Assembly (NCBI RefSeq): GCF_006345805.1
Contig: NC_043006.1
Span: 14,198,001-14,262,000 of the forward strand
Direction of reading: 5' to 3'
From: Octopus sinensis
Taxonomy: Eukaryota
DNA: 64,000 bases
Shown one piece after another: positions 36,854 to 47,726 of this stretch. A program made the position numbers and the translations under genes. The notes beneath the pieces were generated by a model. It made no database searches. It worked only from the letters and a program-made list of their open reading frames with translations, and had not been told where the DNA came from. How positions within the stretch are numbered: the stretch's first letter is position 1; each line of letters begins with the position of its first letter.

Positions 36854-36930
36854 TTTTATAAGGAACAGTAGGCTAAAACGGGATTGAGAACAGGCTGCCT
36901 CGCGTAATCTTTTTTAGGGGCTCCGATTGG
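36854..36930 (-). promoter_or_regulatory. CCAAT box (36930-36926) and TATAAAA box (36860-36854) upstream of the ORF1-like sequence
   Basis: Canonical Pol II spacing (66 bp between boxes), then a pyrimidine-rich initiator-like stretch about 25-30 bp downstream. Confidence 0.5.
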
Positions 36931-37039
36931 TTATACGCTGCATATTGACACGACAGAGTAAGAGACAAATTGCACCAATACCAACTAATCAGAGTAGTGG
37001 ACACAACGGGGTCCAAATAGCGGTCAAAGGCTAGCTGTT

Positions 37040-37700
37040 ATCTGCTACGTTCGAATGTACGTATATACAATAAAGGGGAGAGGAATTTCACTCGAGTATA
37101 CGCTACAGATGGAAGCGGAGAGTGCTCAGGTGCTGCGTTCAACTCTCTCTCTTTGATCAATCTGATCAATTTCGAAGTGTCGCCTACTTTCCGCAAATGT
37201 GAAATTCTCGAGGAACTGGATTGATGCCCTGTTAGTGGCCAACATTGGCGTCTACTCAGTCTGAATGAGCTCCACATTTCCATTGCACTCAGAGTGGGAG
37301 TCGACGTGTATGGGCGGTTGGGAGTCACTGTGGTAAGTGTCTCGATTCCAGAGGCTTTCGCGGTTTGTCTTGCCGCTTAAATGCTGGTCGTTTCACACGT
37401 CACACCGAACCAAACCTTATCATTAAGCTGGCCCTGAGTTGCGTTAATATCCCTTCAGTTCTGGGGCCGGCAGGATTATCCAGATGCGAAGGGAAGAGAC
37501 CAGGTGGTCTTACCTTTCGTCCCACGGTGAAAAATAGGTACCTCATCTGGGAGGCTACAGTCTGTAACTCCTTTGCATCCGCTGCGACAAATGGGAAGGT
37601 CACTGAACGGAACAGAATCCTTAAGTATCGGATTGGTGAACCATTTCTTCCAGCCTATGACCTTCGAGACATTTGAAGGGGCTGGGCCAGTAACAGCGTA
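37040..37700 (+). mobile_element. CRE-like (restriction-like endonuclease) non-LTR retrotransposon fragment
   Basis: IALRVG...HCGKCLDSRG..GLSCR..AGRFTRH...IIKLALS.VNIPSVL.PAGLSR.EGKRP.GLT...YLIWEATVC: a CCHC finger plus a degenerate PD-(D/E)xK RLE pattern. Confidence 0.7.
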
Positions 37701-37730
37701 GTTCTCTCGTGGAAGCGCCATCCAACCAAA

Positions 37731-38020
37731 ATGCAAATATATGGGAAACTACCACCTGTGTCATCTCTTGTGAAAGGTAAGAGAGTCCAGTTTGCTGGAC
37801 ATTGTTGTAGAGCTGAAAAAGAGGTAATTTCTACTCTTCTCCTCTGGAAGCCATCTACCCGCAATACCAGAGGGCGCACACTCTCCTACCCTGATGTAAT
37901 CTCCAGGGATACAGGCATCCAGCAACAGGACCTCCGTAATGCCATGATGGACCGTGAAGTCTGGCGTAGCATGGTAAATTCCATTGTCTCGACCACGGTC
38001 GTACAATGATGATGATGATG
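37731..38020 (+). mobile_element. 5'-truncated RTE-type LINE 3' end with (GAT)n tail
   Basis: KRVQFAGHC.R....I..LLLWKP....RGR..SYPD.I.RDTG...DL..AM.DR..WR, then GATGATGATGATG. Confidence 0.75.
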
Positions 38021-38834
38021 TAGTTCTTGTCATCGTTAGCAGCTTGCCTCACCGAGGTATCAGGTGATGCCCGTGGGGGTGCTTGGCTGCATCAACGCCT
38101 TAGCCTCACCATCATCTGCAGTAACGCCGCGAGCGTGTGCTCGCGGCATTCACTCGCGTCATTGGCTTGCTTCAGTAGGTTCCGTTGAGCTTTGTAGTAT
38201 TCGACTAATTGATGCACCTAGTGTTGAATTGGTACTTTTTTTTCTTCTTTTTCTTCTTTCGTTTTCTTTGTTTTCTTGTTACGGTCATTTTTGTTTTCTT
38301 CGGTTTTAGCTTTGTCTTTTAATCTGGTTTTGCATTATATATGCATCATATATGTACGTGTTATATATGCAATTATTAAATTCAAATCTTAATTTTCATG
38401 GAGTATTTATAAAATAAAAATTTGGGGGCAATGCTAAAAAAGAAAATTTTTTTAATTACATTTCCAACCCGTATATTTTGAGACGCTGTGAGGATGCTGG
38501 ACTACTCACAAGAAAGTTTTTGCCTTAGTTAACGTCCCACCACCCAAAAATATCAGATGATGTTCAGGAAGGCGCCTGGCTATTCCAACGCTTCGGCCTT
38601 GCAATCCTCGACGTAATTCCGTGAATGTTTAAAGGGGGTTACAAAAAAAAAAAAAAGAAAAAATCGTGATCAAGGATCAAAAATCCGAGTTTTCACGTCC
38701 TCATTCTGTTTTCTAATTGCGCATTTGCAATCCAGTAACCATTATTGTAGGTGAAACAGAGATGAACTTAAAATAACCTATTTCGGCTTCGAGCCAAGTG
38801 AGTCAAGTGAACCGAGTGAGCATACTGGTCATTT

Positions 38835-38879
<45 letters not shown>

Positions 38880-38949
38880 TTTTTATGAACCATAAAGTTG
38901 AGAAAAAGAGGGGGCGATACGAGGACAGACAAAACAAACATTGGGGTCA

Positions 38950-39690
38950 GGGTATCGAATGAGACGAAATGTATGAATAAACAAACAATTAAAATATATA
39001 CAATTAAATGAGAATGAGTGATTTACAAAAAATGAAGCGGAGGACGCGGTCGACATAAGATCAGTCACCTTGGAGCATTGCACAATCGCGTGCAGGACAG
39101 TTTCACTGTCCCGCTCGCATCTTGCACAAACTGGCGAAAGCACACACCCATGTCTAAAGAGCTTAACTCGAACTGGTAAAGCTCCTCTGTAACATTGCCA
39201 GGCCAGGGACTTTTGGTAATTATCCATAGGCCCCGGACCGAATGTTCTTTGGAACAGGCTGGCCAGTTGATCTTCGTCGAAGCCTAGGGTTTCTCCCAGG
39301 ACGTCGTCACACTTAAACTCTACTAACCCTCTATAGAAGAACGAGGTAGTACTCCCGCCACCGGCGCTGCTCGACTAGGAGAGAAGCACGAGTGTCTGAT
39401 GGCATTCTACATACCACACGCCCAACCTCGGTCTACACTTGATCCATGGGTTCAGTTTGGTAAACGATGTGAACTGTGGAAATAACAGCTTGACGAACGG
39501 AGATCACACCTGCTCACCATCCAGGTAAAGCCAGAGGTGCCTAAACCTGAGCGCATAGAGAACAAGTAACTTCTTTCTGTCACGCTAACACGCTTCTTCC
39601 ACGCGAGCCTTGACTCTTTACTTTCCTCCATCCACCCGCTTACTGACTGGGTGTAAACAGACGGTTGTTTTAACAACTCAATAAAATCTG
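38950..39690 (-). mobile_element. L1/Tx1-type ORF2 C-terminal fragment (zf-RVT region)
   Basis: SLAWQCYRGALPVRVKLFRHG....VCARC....ETVLHAIVQC, with upstream broken ORF2-like frames. Confidence 0.75.
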
Positions 39691-39708
39691 CAGTAAGTTA
39701 TCTTATAT

Positions 39709-40084
39709 CTTTCACTTGTTTTGGTCCTTAGACTGCGGCCATGCTGGGGCATCGCCTTGGAGAATTTTTAGTCGAATGAACCGACCCAAGTACCTTTTTT
39801 TCTTAAAGCTTGGTACTTATTCTATCGGTGCCTTTTGCCGAACCGCTAAGTTACAGGGACGTAAACACACCAACACCGGTTGTCAAGTGGTAGTAGGGGA
39901 CAAACACAGGCACAATCTCTCTCTAACGCTTTCTCTCGTTCCGTCTGTCAAATCCCTCGCAAGGATTTGGTCGATCTTTGGCTGTAACAGAAGACGTTAG
40001 CCCGAGGTGCCATGCAGTGGGACTGAACCCAGAACCAAGTGGTTGGGAAGCAAGCTTCTTACAACACAATCACGCCTGCGCCTA
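39709..40084 (-). mobile_element. SINE family A, diverged
   Basis: Reverse copy. Confidence 0.8.
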
Positions 40085-40262
40085 TGCTACTGACTACTTT
40101 CCATCACCTACATTCGATACATCTAATAATTATTTAGCGTTTTCTCTGTTTTGATTATATATTTTTTATTTAATTTTTTTATTTTTTCATTAAGTTTTCT
40201 CACTGTTCAGTTTTGTAAAACTATTACTCTAATTTCACTGTTTTTTTTTTTTTTAGTAAAAA

Positions 40263-40645
40263 CTAGCAGTATCGCCCGGCGTTGCTCGGGTTTGTAAGGG
40301 AAATAACTATATAAGCATTTTTTAGAGATGTAAAGTATAATAGCCATCTCAATATGGCTAACCACAAAGGAAGGGGGTGTTACTGTAGCTTTTTACGTTC
40401 TGAGATTTAATAATACATTTTTAGAGAGTTACTTCCCTTATATAAACCGAGCGAAAATGCATTAAAAATACGGAAAAATTATGGTAATTTTTTTTTAAAT
40501 CGTAGACTCATCGTAGACGCGCGCTAATACCCAGAAGGGCTCGATATGAATCACGACTATAAGATACCCGGTTTTGCTTAAACTGCACCGCAAAATGTGG
40601 GAGTAGTTAGGAATCTAAATCGTAGAAGACAGACAGCACACAAGA
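40263..40645 (-). mobile_element. Short non-autonomous Helitron, 5' end truncated
   Basis: CCCGAGCAACGCCGGGC hairpin + CTAG terminus; shares sequence with 6255-6480. Confidence 0.75.
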
Positions 40646-40663
40646 TATTTTGGGTTAAACTAA

Positions 40664-40926
40664 AGAGTTTGACCCGAGCCAAAAAAAAAAAATGAGAAAT
40701 AGTGTAATAGGTGCAAAACAACTTGCTCTAAACGAATATGAAAACAAAATGCGCGCTCGCAAAAGCGGGGTGGGGGAGAGGCCTCGGAAAATTCCCATCG
40801 TGAATGTTCCGAATTGCCTTACCAGAGCCAAGAAAGAAAAGAAAAATAGTATATATTCGTTTAGAGCAAGTTGTGTTACACCTACCGCACTATTTTTCTT
40901 TTGTTTTTTGGCTCGGGTCAAACGCC
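40664..40926. mobile_element. PIF/Harbinger (Tourist-like) MITE upstream of SIRT4
   Basis: TAA TSD (40661-40663 and 40927-40929); about 75-bp imperfect TIRs starting (G/A)G(C/A)GTTTGACCCGAGCC. Confidence 0.65.
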
Positions 40927-41091
40927 TAAGTTCAATTAGTAAAAGTACAGCCTAGAATGTCATTTATTAACCCTTTCGCAAATGGGAAGACAACTCCAGG
41001 TTTTGTTGTAAGGAAGACGTAGTTATTTCCCCTTTTGGTTAAGAAGGCTTAACCAAAACAACTTTTGCTGTTTTTTTTTTGTAAGTTTTCG

Positions 41092-41784
41092 ATGTTATGT
41101 AACGGACGATCGGGTCCTGTTTATCGCACAAAAATGATCACCAGAGCAATCAAGGATACTTTCTGTGCGAATTTACTCTCTGTATTGAGAAACAATGATC
41201 TATTCGTGTTCAAGCGTTACCGGAGTATGTTCGTTCCAAAAAGCAAGGCCGTGGAAAACCACCACCTCGACATAATCAGGAATTTTCTGCAGAACAACAA
41301 AAGGATCACCGTGTTGACGGGAGCAGGTGTCTCCACCGAAAGTGGAATTCCTGATTACCGATCGGAGGAAGTCGGGATGTACGCACGAAGCAACCATACG
41401 CCTATACGATACCAAGAGTTCCTTAGAAATACCGACCGGCGACAGAGGTATTGGGCAAGGAACTTCGTTGCCTGGCCGCAGTTTTCTTCATTCCAGCCAA
41501 ATACTGTTCATTATGTTCTATCGTCCTGGGAAAAATCTGGCCAGTTACACTGGTTGATCACACAAAATGTCGATGCTTTGCATTCAAAAGCTGGTACTAA
41601 ACGATTGACAGAACTGCACGGTTGTTCCCATCGTGTCGAGTGTTTGTCTTGCCACATGAAGATGCCCCGGACCGAAATGCAGGTACTTTTAACCAACTTG
41701 AACCCTGACTGGCACGCTGAGTCCATTGATATTGCTCCAGATGGAGACGTTCAGCTTGATGATGAACTAGTACAGACTTTCCAG
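41092..41784 (+). CDS. SIRT4: NAD-dependent sirtuin 4 (mitochondrial, class II) exon 1; start could be 41092 or 41134
   Basis: Motifs TGAGVSTESGIPDYRS, RRQRYWARNFVAWPQFSSFQPN (class II), TQNVDALH, ELHG, CLSC zinc pair and APDGDV loop. Arg-rich presequence-like N-terminus. CAG|gtaagt donor. Confidence 0.93.
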
Positions 41785-42304
41785 GTAAGTTTAAGCTAAT
41801 AATAATGCAAATTAAAACAATTCGGTAGATGTTAGATTCCTAAACCGTTTCTGCCCTGCAAAATATTCGAAAACATTGCCTACATTTCTTTTGTTCTGAA
41901 GTTTTATCAAAATGCGAAAAACTTTTGGTGGCGCGAGTTGTGTATATCGAAATATATTTGTTGTTCAGACACACTAGTAATTATTTAATTATGGTCATTA
42001 TCATTAACCACTTTCGTTATATAACCGAAACATTGCACGAACAAATCAATGTTATAAACAATGAGGGAAGGAGTATTCTGTGTGGTTGTTCAATTTGCTA
42101 AACAGTACAGCCAAATCTCCTTCAAATCAAACATCGCAGTCTTAATAGAAGGATACCTTTGTTTGTATTGTCGCTTTTGTTGTTTTTATATGACATAGAG
42201 AAGGAAGGGTAAAGTCCAAGACTTTTTTTATAGGGTTTCCTAAATTAGGATGAAGGAAGCGAGTTGTTTTAGAACTGGAAACGTAACCCGAATGTTTACA
42301 GAGT

Positions 42305-42468
42305 GAACTCGGGTATAAGCACCAAAGATCCAGATGATATCGTTCGAACTCGGGTATAAGCACCAAAGATCCAGATGATATCGTTCGAACTCGGGTATAA
42401 GCACCAAAGATCCAGATGATATCGTTCGAACTCGGGTATAAGCACCAAAGATCCAGATGATATCGTTC
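42305..42468. repeat. Four perfect copies of a 41-bp minisatellite
   Basis: GAACTCGGGTATAAGCACCAAAGATCCAGATGATATCGTTC at 42305, 42346, 42387 and 42428. Confidence 0.95.
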
Positions 42469-42549
42469 GACAAAGTGACTTCTTAATTATGTAACTTCGG
42501 AATACACTGTGGCTTCTTAATTATGTAAGTCTGGAATACACTGTGACTG

Positions 42550-42830
42550 GAAGAAGAAGAAGAAGAGAAGAAGAAGAAGAAGAAGAAGAAGAAGAAGAAG
42601 AAGGAGAAGAAGAAGAAACATGGTCTAGGCTTGGAATTACTTGGATCATAGGTATGCTCGATTAGGGCTTACCTGAGGCTATATAATAACAATACACTGA
42701 CACATATCTGATGTAAGTTTCGGTCAGTATTCGTCAGAACCAAACCTGTTTTATCATCATCATCATCATCATCATCTTCTTCTTCTTCTTCTTCTTCTTC
42801 TTCTTCTTCTTCTTCTTCTTCTTCTTCTCC
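42550..42830. repeat. (GAA)n tract and (CAT)n-(CTT)n tract
   Basis: Seen directly at about 42550-42617 and 42755-42828. Confidence 0.9.
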
Positions 42831-43348
42831 CATCGGCCAGCTCTGACGAGCAGACTTATTATTATCAAAAGTGCTCCAGCTGTAACAAATCCATCTTTCA
42901 CCAGACATTGTATTTTTTTTTTTTTTCTACTATTTTTAACACGATTGTGTGATGTTGGAAGAAATTTTGGTTGCAATTTCTAGCAGATCTATCGACCACG
43001 TAGAGGCGCTCTCCTTGACATGTTTTGTTTTTTCCACAAATGTTTCACTGGGTCAGTGAGGACAATAACATCTATGGAATCATCTTATGTAACTTCGCTG
43101 CCTCTATAAAACATCTATGTATTTATAACTTCAGGTTTTTAACTATATCCCAGAAGTAAAGCATAAACAGTGAATTTTTTAAATATAGAAATATAGAAGC
43201 AAGGTCAAAAATTTGGAGGAAAGAGTTAGTCAATTATATTGACTAATAGTACTTTTCGAAATACTGTTAAACATTTTGTCTGACACATTAGCAAATTTGC
43301 CAGCTTGCCACTTTGATAAATCTTTCAAATTTTGACACAAATTTTAGG

Positions 43349-43744
43349 TGTAGGGGTGGTTGTGTGGTAAGTAGCTTGCTTACCAACCACATGGTTCCGG
43401 GTTCAGTCCCACTGTGTGTCTTCTACTACAGCCTAGGGCCAACCAAAGCCCGGTGAGTGGATTTGGTAGACGGAAACTGAAAGAAGCCCGTCGTATATAT
43501 GTATGTATGTATGTATATATGTATTATTATATGTTTGTGTGTCTGTGTTTGTCCCCCGCAACATTGCTTGACAACCGATACTGGTGTGTTTACGTCCCTA
43601 TAACTTAGCAGTTCGGCAAAAGAGGCCGATAGAATAAGTACTAGGCTTCCAAAGAATAAGTCCTGGGGTCGATTTGCTCGACTAAAGGCGGTGCTCCAGT
43701 ATGGCCACAGTCAAATGACTGAAACAAGTAAAAGAGTAAAGAGT
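43349..43744 (+). mobile_element. SINE family A
   Basis: Copy with a small internal deletion. Confidence 0.85.
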
Positions 43745-43889
43745 AACGTCAGCAATTTTTGAGGGTAAGGGGTTAATTTATTACATCGACCTCACCCTCC
43801 ACCTTACTTGATATAGTATTCTGTTGACCCCTAAAGGATGAAAAGCAAAGATAACTTTATGAGATTAACTTTATTATTAACAATAAGAA

Positions 43890-44487
43890 GGCGCCGAGCT
43901 GGCAGAATCGTTAGCACGCCGGGCAAAATGCATAACTGTATTCCGCCTGTCGTTACGTTCCGAGTTCAAATTTCGCCGAGGTCGACTTTGCCTTTCATCC
44001 TTTCGGAGTCGATAAATTAAGTACCAGTTACGCACTGGGGTCGATGTAATCGACTTATTCTGTTTGTCTGTCCTTGTTTGTTTCTTCTATGTTTAGCCCA
44101 TTGTGGGTAGTAAAGAAATAAGTATTTCGTCTGCCGTTACGTTGTGAGTTCAAATTCCGCCGAGGTCGACTTTGCCTTTCATCCTTTCGGGGTCGATAAA
44201 TTAAGTACCAGTTACGCACTGGGGTCGATGTAATCGACTTATTCTGTTTGTCTGTCCTTGTTTGTTTCTTCTATGTTTAGCCCATTGTGGGTAGTAAAGA
44301 AATAGGTATTTCGTCTGCCGTTACGTTGTGAGTTCAAATTCCGCCGAGGTCGACTTTGCCTTTCATCCTTTCGGAGTCGATAAATTAAGTACCAGTTACG
44401 CACCGGGGTTGATGTAATCGACTTAATCCCTTTATCTGTCCTTGTTTGTCCCGTCTGTGTTTAGCCCCTTGTGGGTAGTAAAGAAAT
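43890..44487 (+). mobile_element. MetaSINE-like family B, trimer (184-bp period)
   Basis: Head plus three bodies, each restarting at GTATTTCGTCTGCC. Confidence 0.85.
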
Positions 44488-44718
44488 ATTTATTATTAAC
44501 TATAACAATAATGATAATGGTTTCAAATTTTGGCACAAGGCCAGCAATTTTAGGGGAAGGGGTACGTTGATATCTTTGCCCCCAGTGCGCAGTTGGAACT
44601 TATTTTATCAAATGCAAAAGGATGAAAAGCAAAGTCAACCTCAGCAGCATTTGAATGCAAAACACAAAGCCAGAAGAGATCTGGTCACATTTAACCTCTA
44701 GCAATGCAGTGTTCCTGG

Positions 44719-45030
44719 TTTTGAGTTGTTTGTTCCTTCTCAAGCCATGCCTGGCACATAGGGCCAGTTTCCCAATTTCCTTGGCATATAGGTTCCCCAC
44801 CTGGACGGGACACTAGTCCGTCGCAAGTGAGCTGCAAAATGCAGGAGAAAAGAGTGAGAGAAAGTTGTGGTGAAAGAGTCACCATTAGAAGTTCGCCATT
44901 GCTTTCTGCCGGAGCCGCTTGGAGCTTAGGTGTTTCGCTCATATACACACACATTGTCCGGTCTGAGATTCGAACCCACTATCCCTCGACCGCAAATCCA
45001 CTGCTCTAACCACTAGGCCATGTGCCTCCA
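44719..45030 (-). mobile_element. SINE family C, tail type 3
   Basis: As above. Confidence 0.8.
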
Positions 45031-45427
45031 CCCTGGTATTGAGTAGATGATTTAAAGTGCAAGAAAGTCCTTTCCAAAATGACTGTGATACCAACAGAAA
45101 GGTGAAGAATTCCTGAAAATGCTGTAAAATCTCTTTCTCAAAAACCTCCAGCCTCAAGAATTCAAGCTCAGACAGAACCTTGGAAACTCAAGCTTATCCT
45201 TTAGGGTTTGTATTTTCTCACCAGTCATCTTACAAAACAATGCCAGCTTGAAGGATATCAAAGATACAAGAGAATAAGTTTCAGTATTACTGGTGTTTGG
45301 AGATAGAATATCCATAATACCATCTGCTAATTCCTGTAACTGATAAACAGAACTCTGCCCCCTTATGGTTGTTAAAATAGTTTGTGCATTAGGGGGAAGG
45401 CAGAAAAAGAAAAACCACCATAACATA

Positions 45428-46117
45428 TGTGAAGTATATTTGCCACTTAAATGTGGCTAACCACTAAGAGTGGATGCTACTGTAGCTTGTAGCCCCAGGA
45501 GGACACCTCCTCCAGCTGGCTATTGACACACTTTCTGTGCCCTATCATTATTTGCAAAGGGAAGCCATCCTTCCCATCATGGACCTGACGTGATACACAC
45601 AGACCTGGGTTTCTGGATATTTACCCGTCATCAGCGCATGACAATCACCGGTCTTCGATGCAAAGGGGTCCCAATGCAAATACATTTATCCTTTTTCCAG
45701 CGATGAATATACTTCATATTGTCTTGCAGCTACTGTTTATAACTCATTCAGAGACTTATTATTGCTTGTTTACACTTTTTCGAGATTAGTAACTTTTCAT
45801 CACTGGAAAAAGGATATATGTATTTGCATCGGGACCCCTTCACATCAAAGACCAGTGATTGTCGTGCACTGATGACAGGTAAATACCCAGAAACTCGGGT
45901 CTGTGTGTATCACATCAGGTCGACGATGGGAAGGATGGCTTCCCTTTGCAAACATTGATAAGGCACAGAAAGTGTGTTAATAGCCAGCTGGAGATGTTCT
46001 CCTGGGTCTACAAGCTACAGTAGCATCCACCCTTAGTGGTTAGCCACATTTAAGTGGCAAATATACTTCACAATGTCGTGCAGCTACTGTTTATACCTCG
46101 TTCAGAGATTTATTATT
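45428..46117. mobile_element. Penelope-like element with inverted arms and hammerhead cores
   Basis: 11-bp TSD ACCATAACATA (45417-45427 and 46118-46128); about 280-bp inverted arms; (TTA) tail; HHR cores in both arms. Confidence 0.7.
45863..45907 (+). ncRNA. Minimal type I hammerhead ribozyme motif (antisense twin at 45602-45634)
   Basis: CUGAUGA-C-AGGU-AAAU-ACCC-A-GAAA-C-UCGG-G-UC; the twin reads CUGAUGA-C-GGGU-AAAU-AUCC-A-GAAA-C-CCAG-G-UC. Stem I is weak (G-U rich). Confidence 0.6.
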
Positions 46118-46514
46118 ACCATAACATAGATTCTTTGAATGGGTTGTCTTCAGCCAAATCATGCATTCTTCTCAGTTGAGAAGGTCGATTATCACCTGGT
46201 GTTTCCTTATGGAGGAGTTGATGGAATTTCTTCTACTTGAACATAAAAGTATGTCTCAAAATTTCTGCTTCCATACTTTGGTACGACCGGTAGATTGAAT
46301 GACTAGTAACCAAGTGCTTAACTTTGCTGCCCAAAACAGGTGGCAAAACACTGACCAGTAGATGGAACTGACATGTATCAGAGGATATCTTGTTTGCCAC
46401 AAAGTTGATCCAAGCTGCAAAAGCCAAATCAAAGGGTCCCCTGTGTGAAGTGATGATATGAATGATTATGTTGTTTGCATTGTTAGACTGCCATTGTTTT
46501 CCAAGGAAATTGAA

Positions 46515-46820
46515 GGTGGAGGCATATGGCCTGGTGGTTAGAGCAGCGAACTCGCGTTGACGGATCACGGGTTCGAATCTTAGACCGGACGATGTGTGTG
46601 TTTATGAACAAAACACCTAAGCACCACGCGGCTCTGACAGAAGGTAATGGCAAAACTTCTGCTGACTCTTTCGCCACAACTTTCTCTCACTCTTTCCTCC
46701 TGCATCTTGCAGCTCACCTGCAACGGACCGGCGTACCGTCCGGGTGGGGAACCTATGCGCCAAGAAACCGGGAAACCAGCCCTTATGAGCCAGGCGTGGC
46801 TCAAGAAGGAGCAAACAACA
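46515..46820 (+). mobile_element. SINE family C, tail type 3
   Basis: As above. Confidence 0.8.
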
Positions 46821-47054
46821 AAAAAGGAAACTGAAGGAACAAGAGAAGTTGCCATTATAGTGTCATTAAGAAATGAAAAATATGGAGAGATAAAAATACT
46901 GGCTGTTCATGAGCTGTAAAAAAAAAAAGATTTCTTAATGTTGCTAATCAGCTCTAACTGCTATTTTGAGGGAAAATGAAATAGCAGCTAATATCCAATA
47001 GTGGCTTTTATCATTCTTTCACTGATCCAACAGTTTGACATTTTATGCCAGAGA

Positions 47055-47458
47055 TAGGCGCAGGAGTGGCTGTGTGGTAAGTAGCTTGCTAACCAACCTC
47101 ATGGTTCCGGGTTCAGTCCCACTGCGTGGCATCTTGAGCAAGTGTCTTCTGCTATAGCCCCGGGCCGACCAATGCCTTGTGAGTGGATTTGGTAGACGGA
47201 AACTGAAAGAAGCCTGTCGTATATATGTATATATATATATATGTTTGTGTGTCTGTGTTTGTCCCCCTAGCATTGCTTGACAACCGATGCTGGTGTGTTT
47301 ATGTCCCCGTTACTTAGCGGTTCGGCAAAAAGAGACCGATAGAATAAGTACTGGGCTTACAAAGAATAAGTCCCGGGGTCGATTTGCTCGACTAAAGGCG
47401 GTGCTCCAGCATGGCCGCAGTCAAATGACTGAAACAAGTAAAAGAGAAAGAGAAAGAG
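47055..47458 (+). mobile_element. SINE family A
   Basis: Full-length copy. Confidence 0.85.
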
Positions 47459-47582
47459 AGAGATAAGATATTTTTTTGCTAATTCTAAGCATTTTACATT
47501 GAAAAATTTGATCGGATATAGTGATAGTTGTTTTAGTAAACAGTTAAAATTAAATTTCATTTGTATGTTTGTTTTTTTTTAG

Positions 47583-47726
47583 ATTCCGCCATGTCCAAAT
47601 TGTGGTGGTTTGTTGAAGCCAGAGGTCGTGTTTTTTGGTGACAATGTAGAAAAGTCAAAGGTAGACTTTGTATATGACAAAATCAGTGAAAGTGATGCAT
47701 TGTTAATACTTGGGACATCACTTCAG
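47583..47726 (+). CDS. SIRT4: SIRT4 exon 2 (IPPCPNCGGLLKPEVVFFGDNV...DALLILGTSLQ)
   Basis: Second CxxC, KP.VVFFG and GTSL motifs; tttttag| and CAG|gtatgt; 144 nt, phase 0. Confidence 0.95.

Noticed and set aside
35330-39690. Single rearranged full-length Tx1 element
   Set aside because: The ORF2 fragment lies upstream of ORF1 on the minus strand with unrelated elements between; treated as separate insertions.
28535-41091. EMG1 or another host gene head-to-head with PHB2, as in vertebrates
   Set aside because: No EMG1-like exon was recognised; the interval is explained by TEs.
42305-42468. CRISPR-like array
   Set aside because: Units are contiguous with no unique spacers, there are no cas genes, and the context is eukaryotic.
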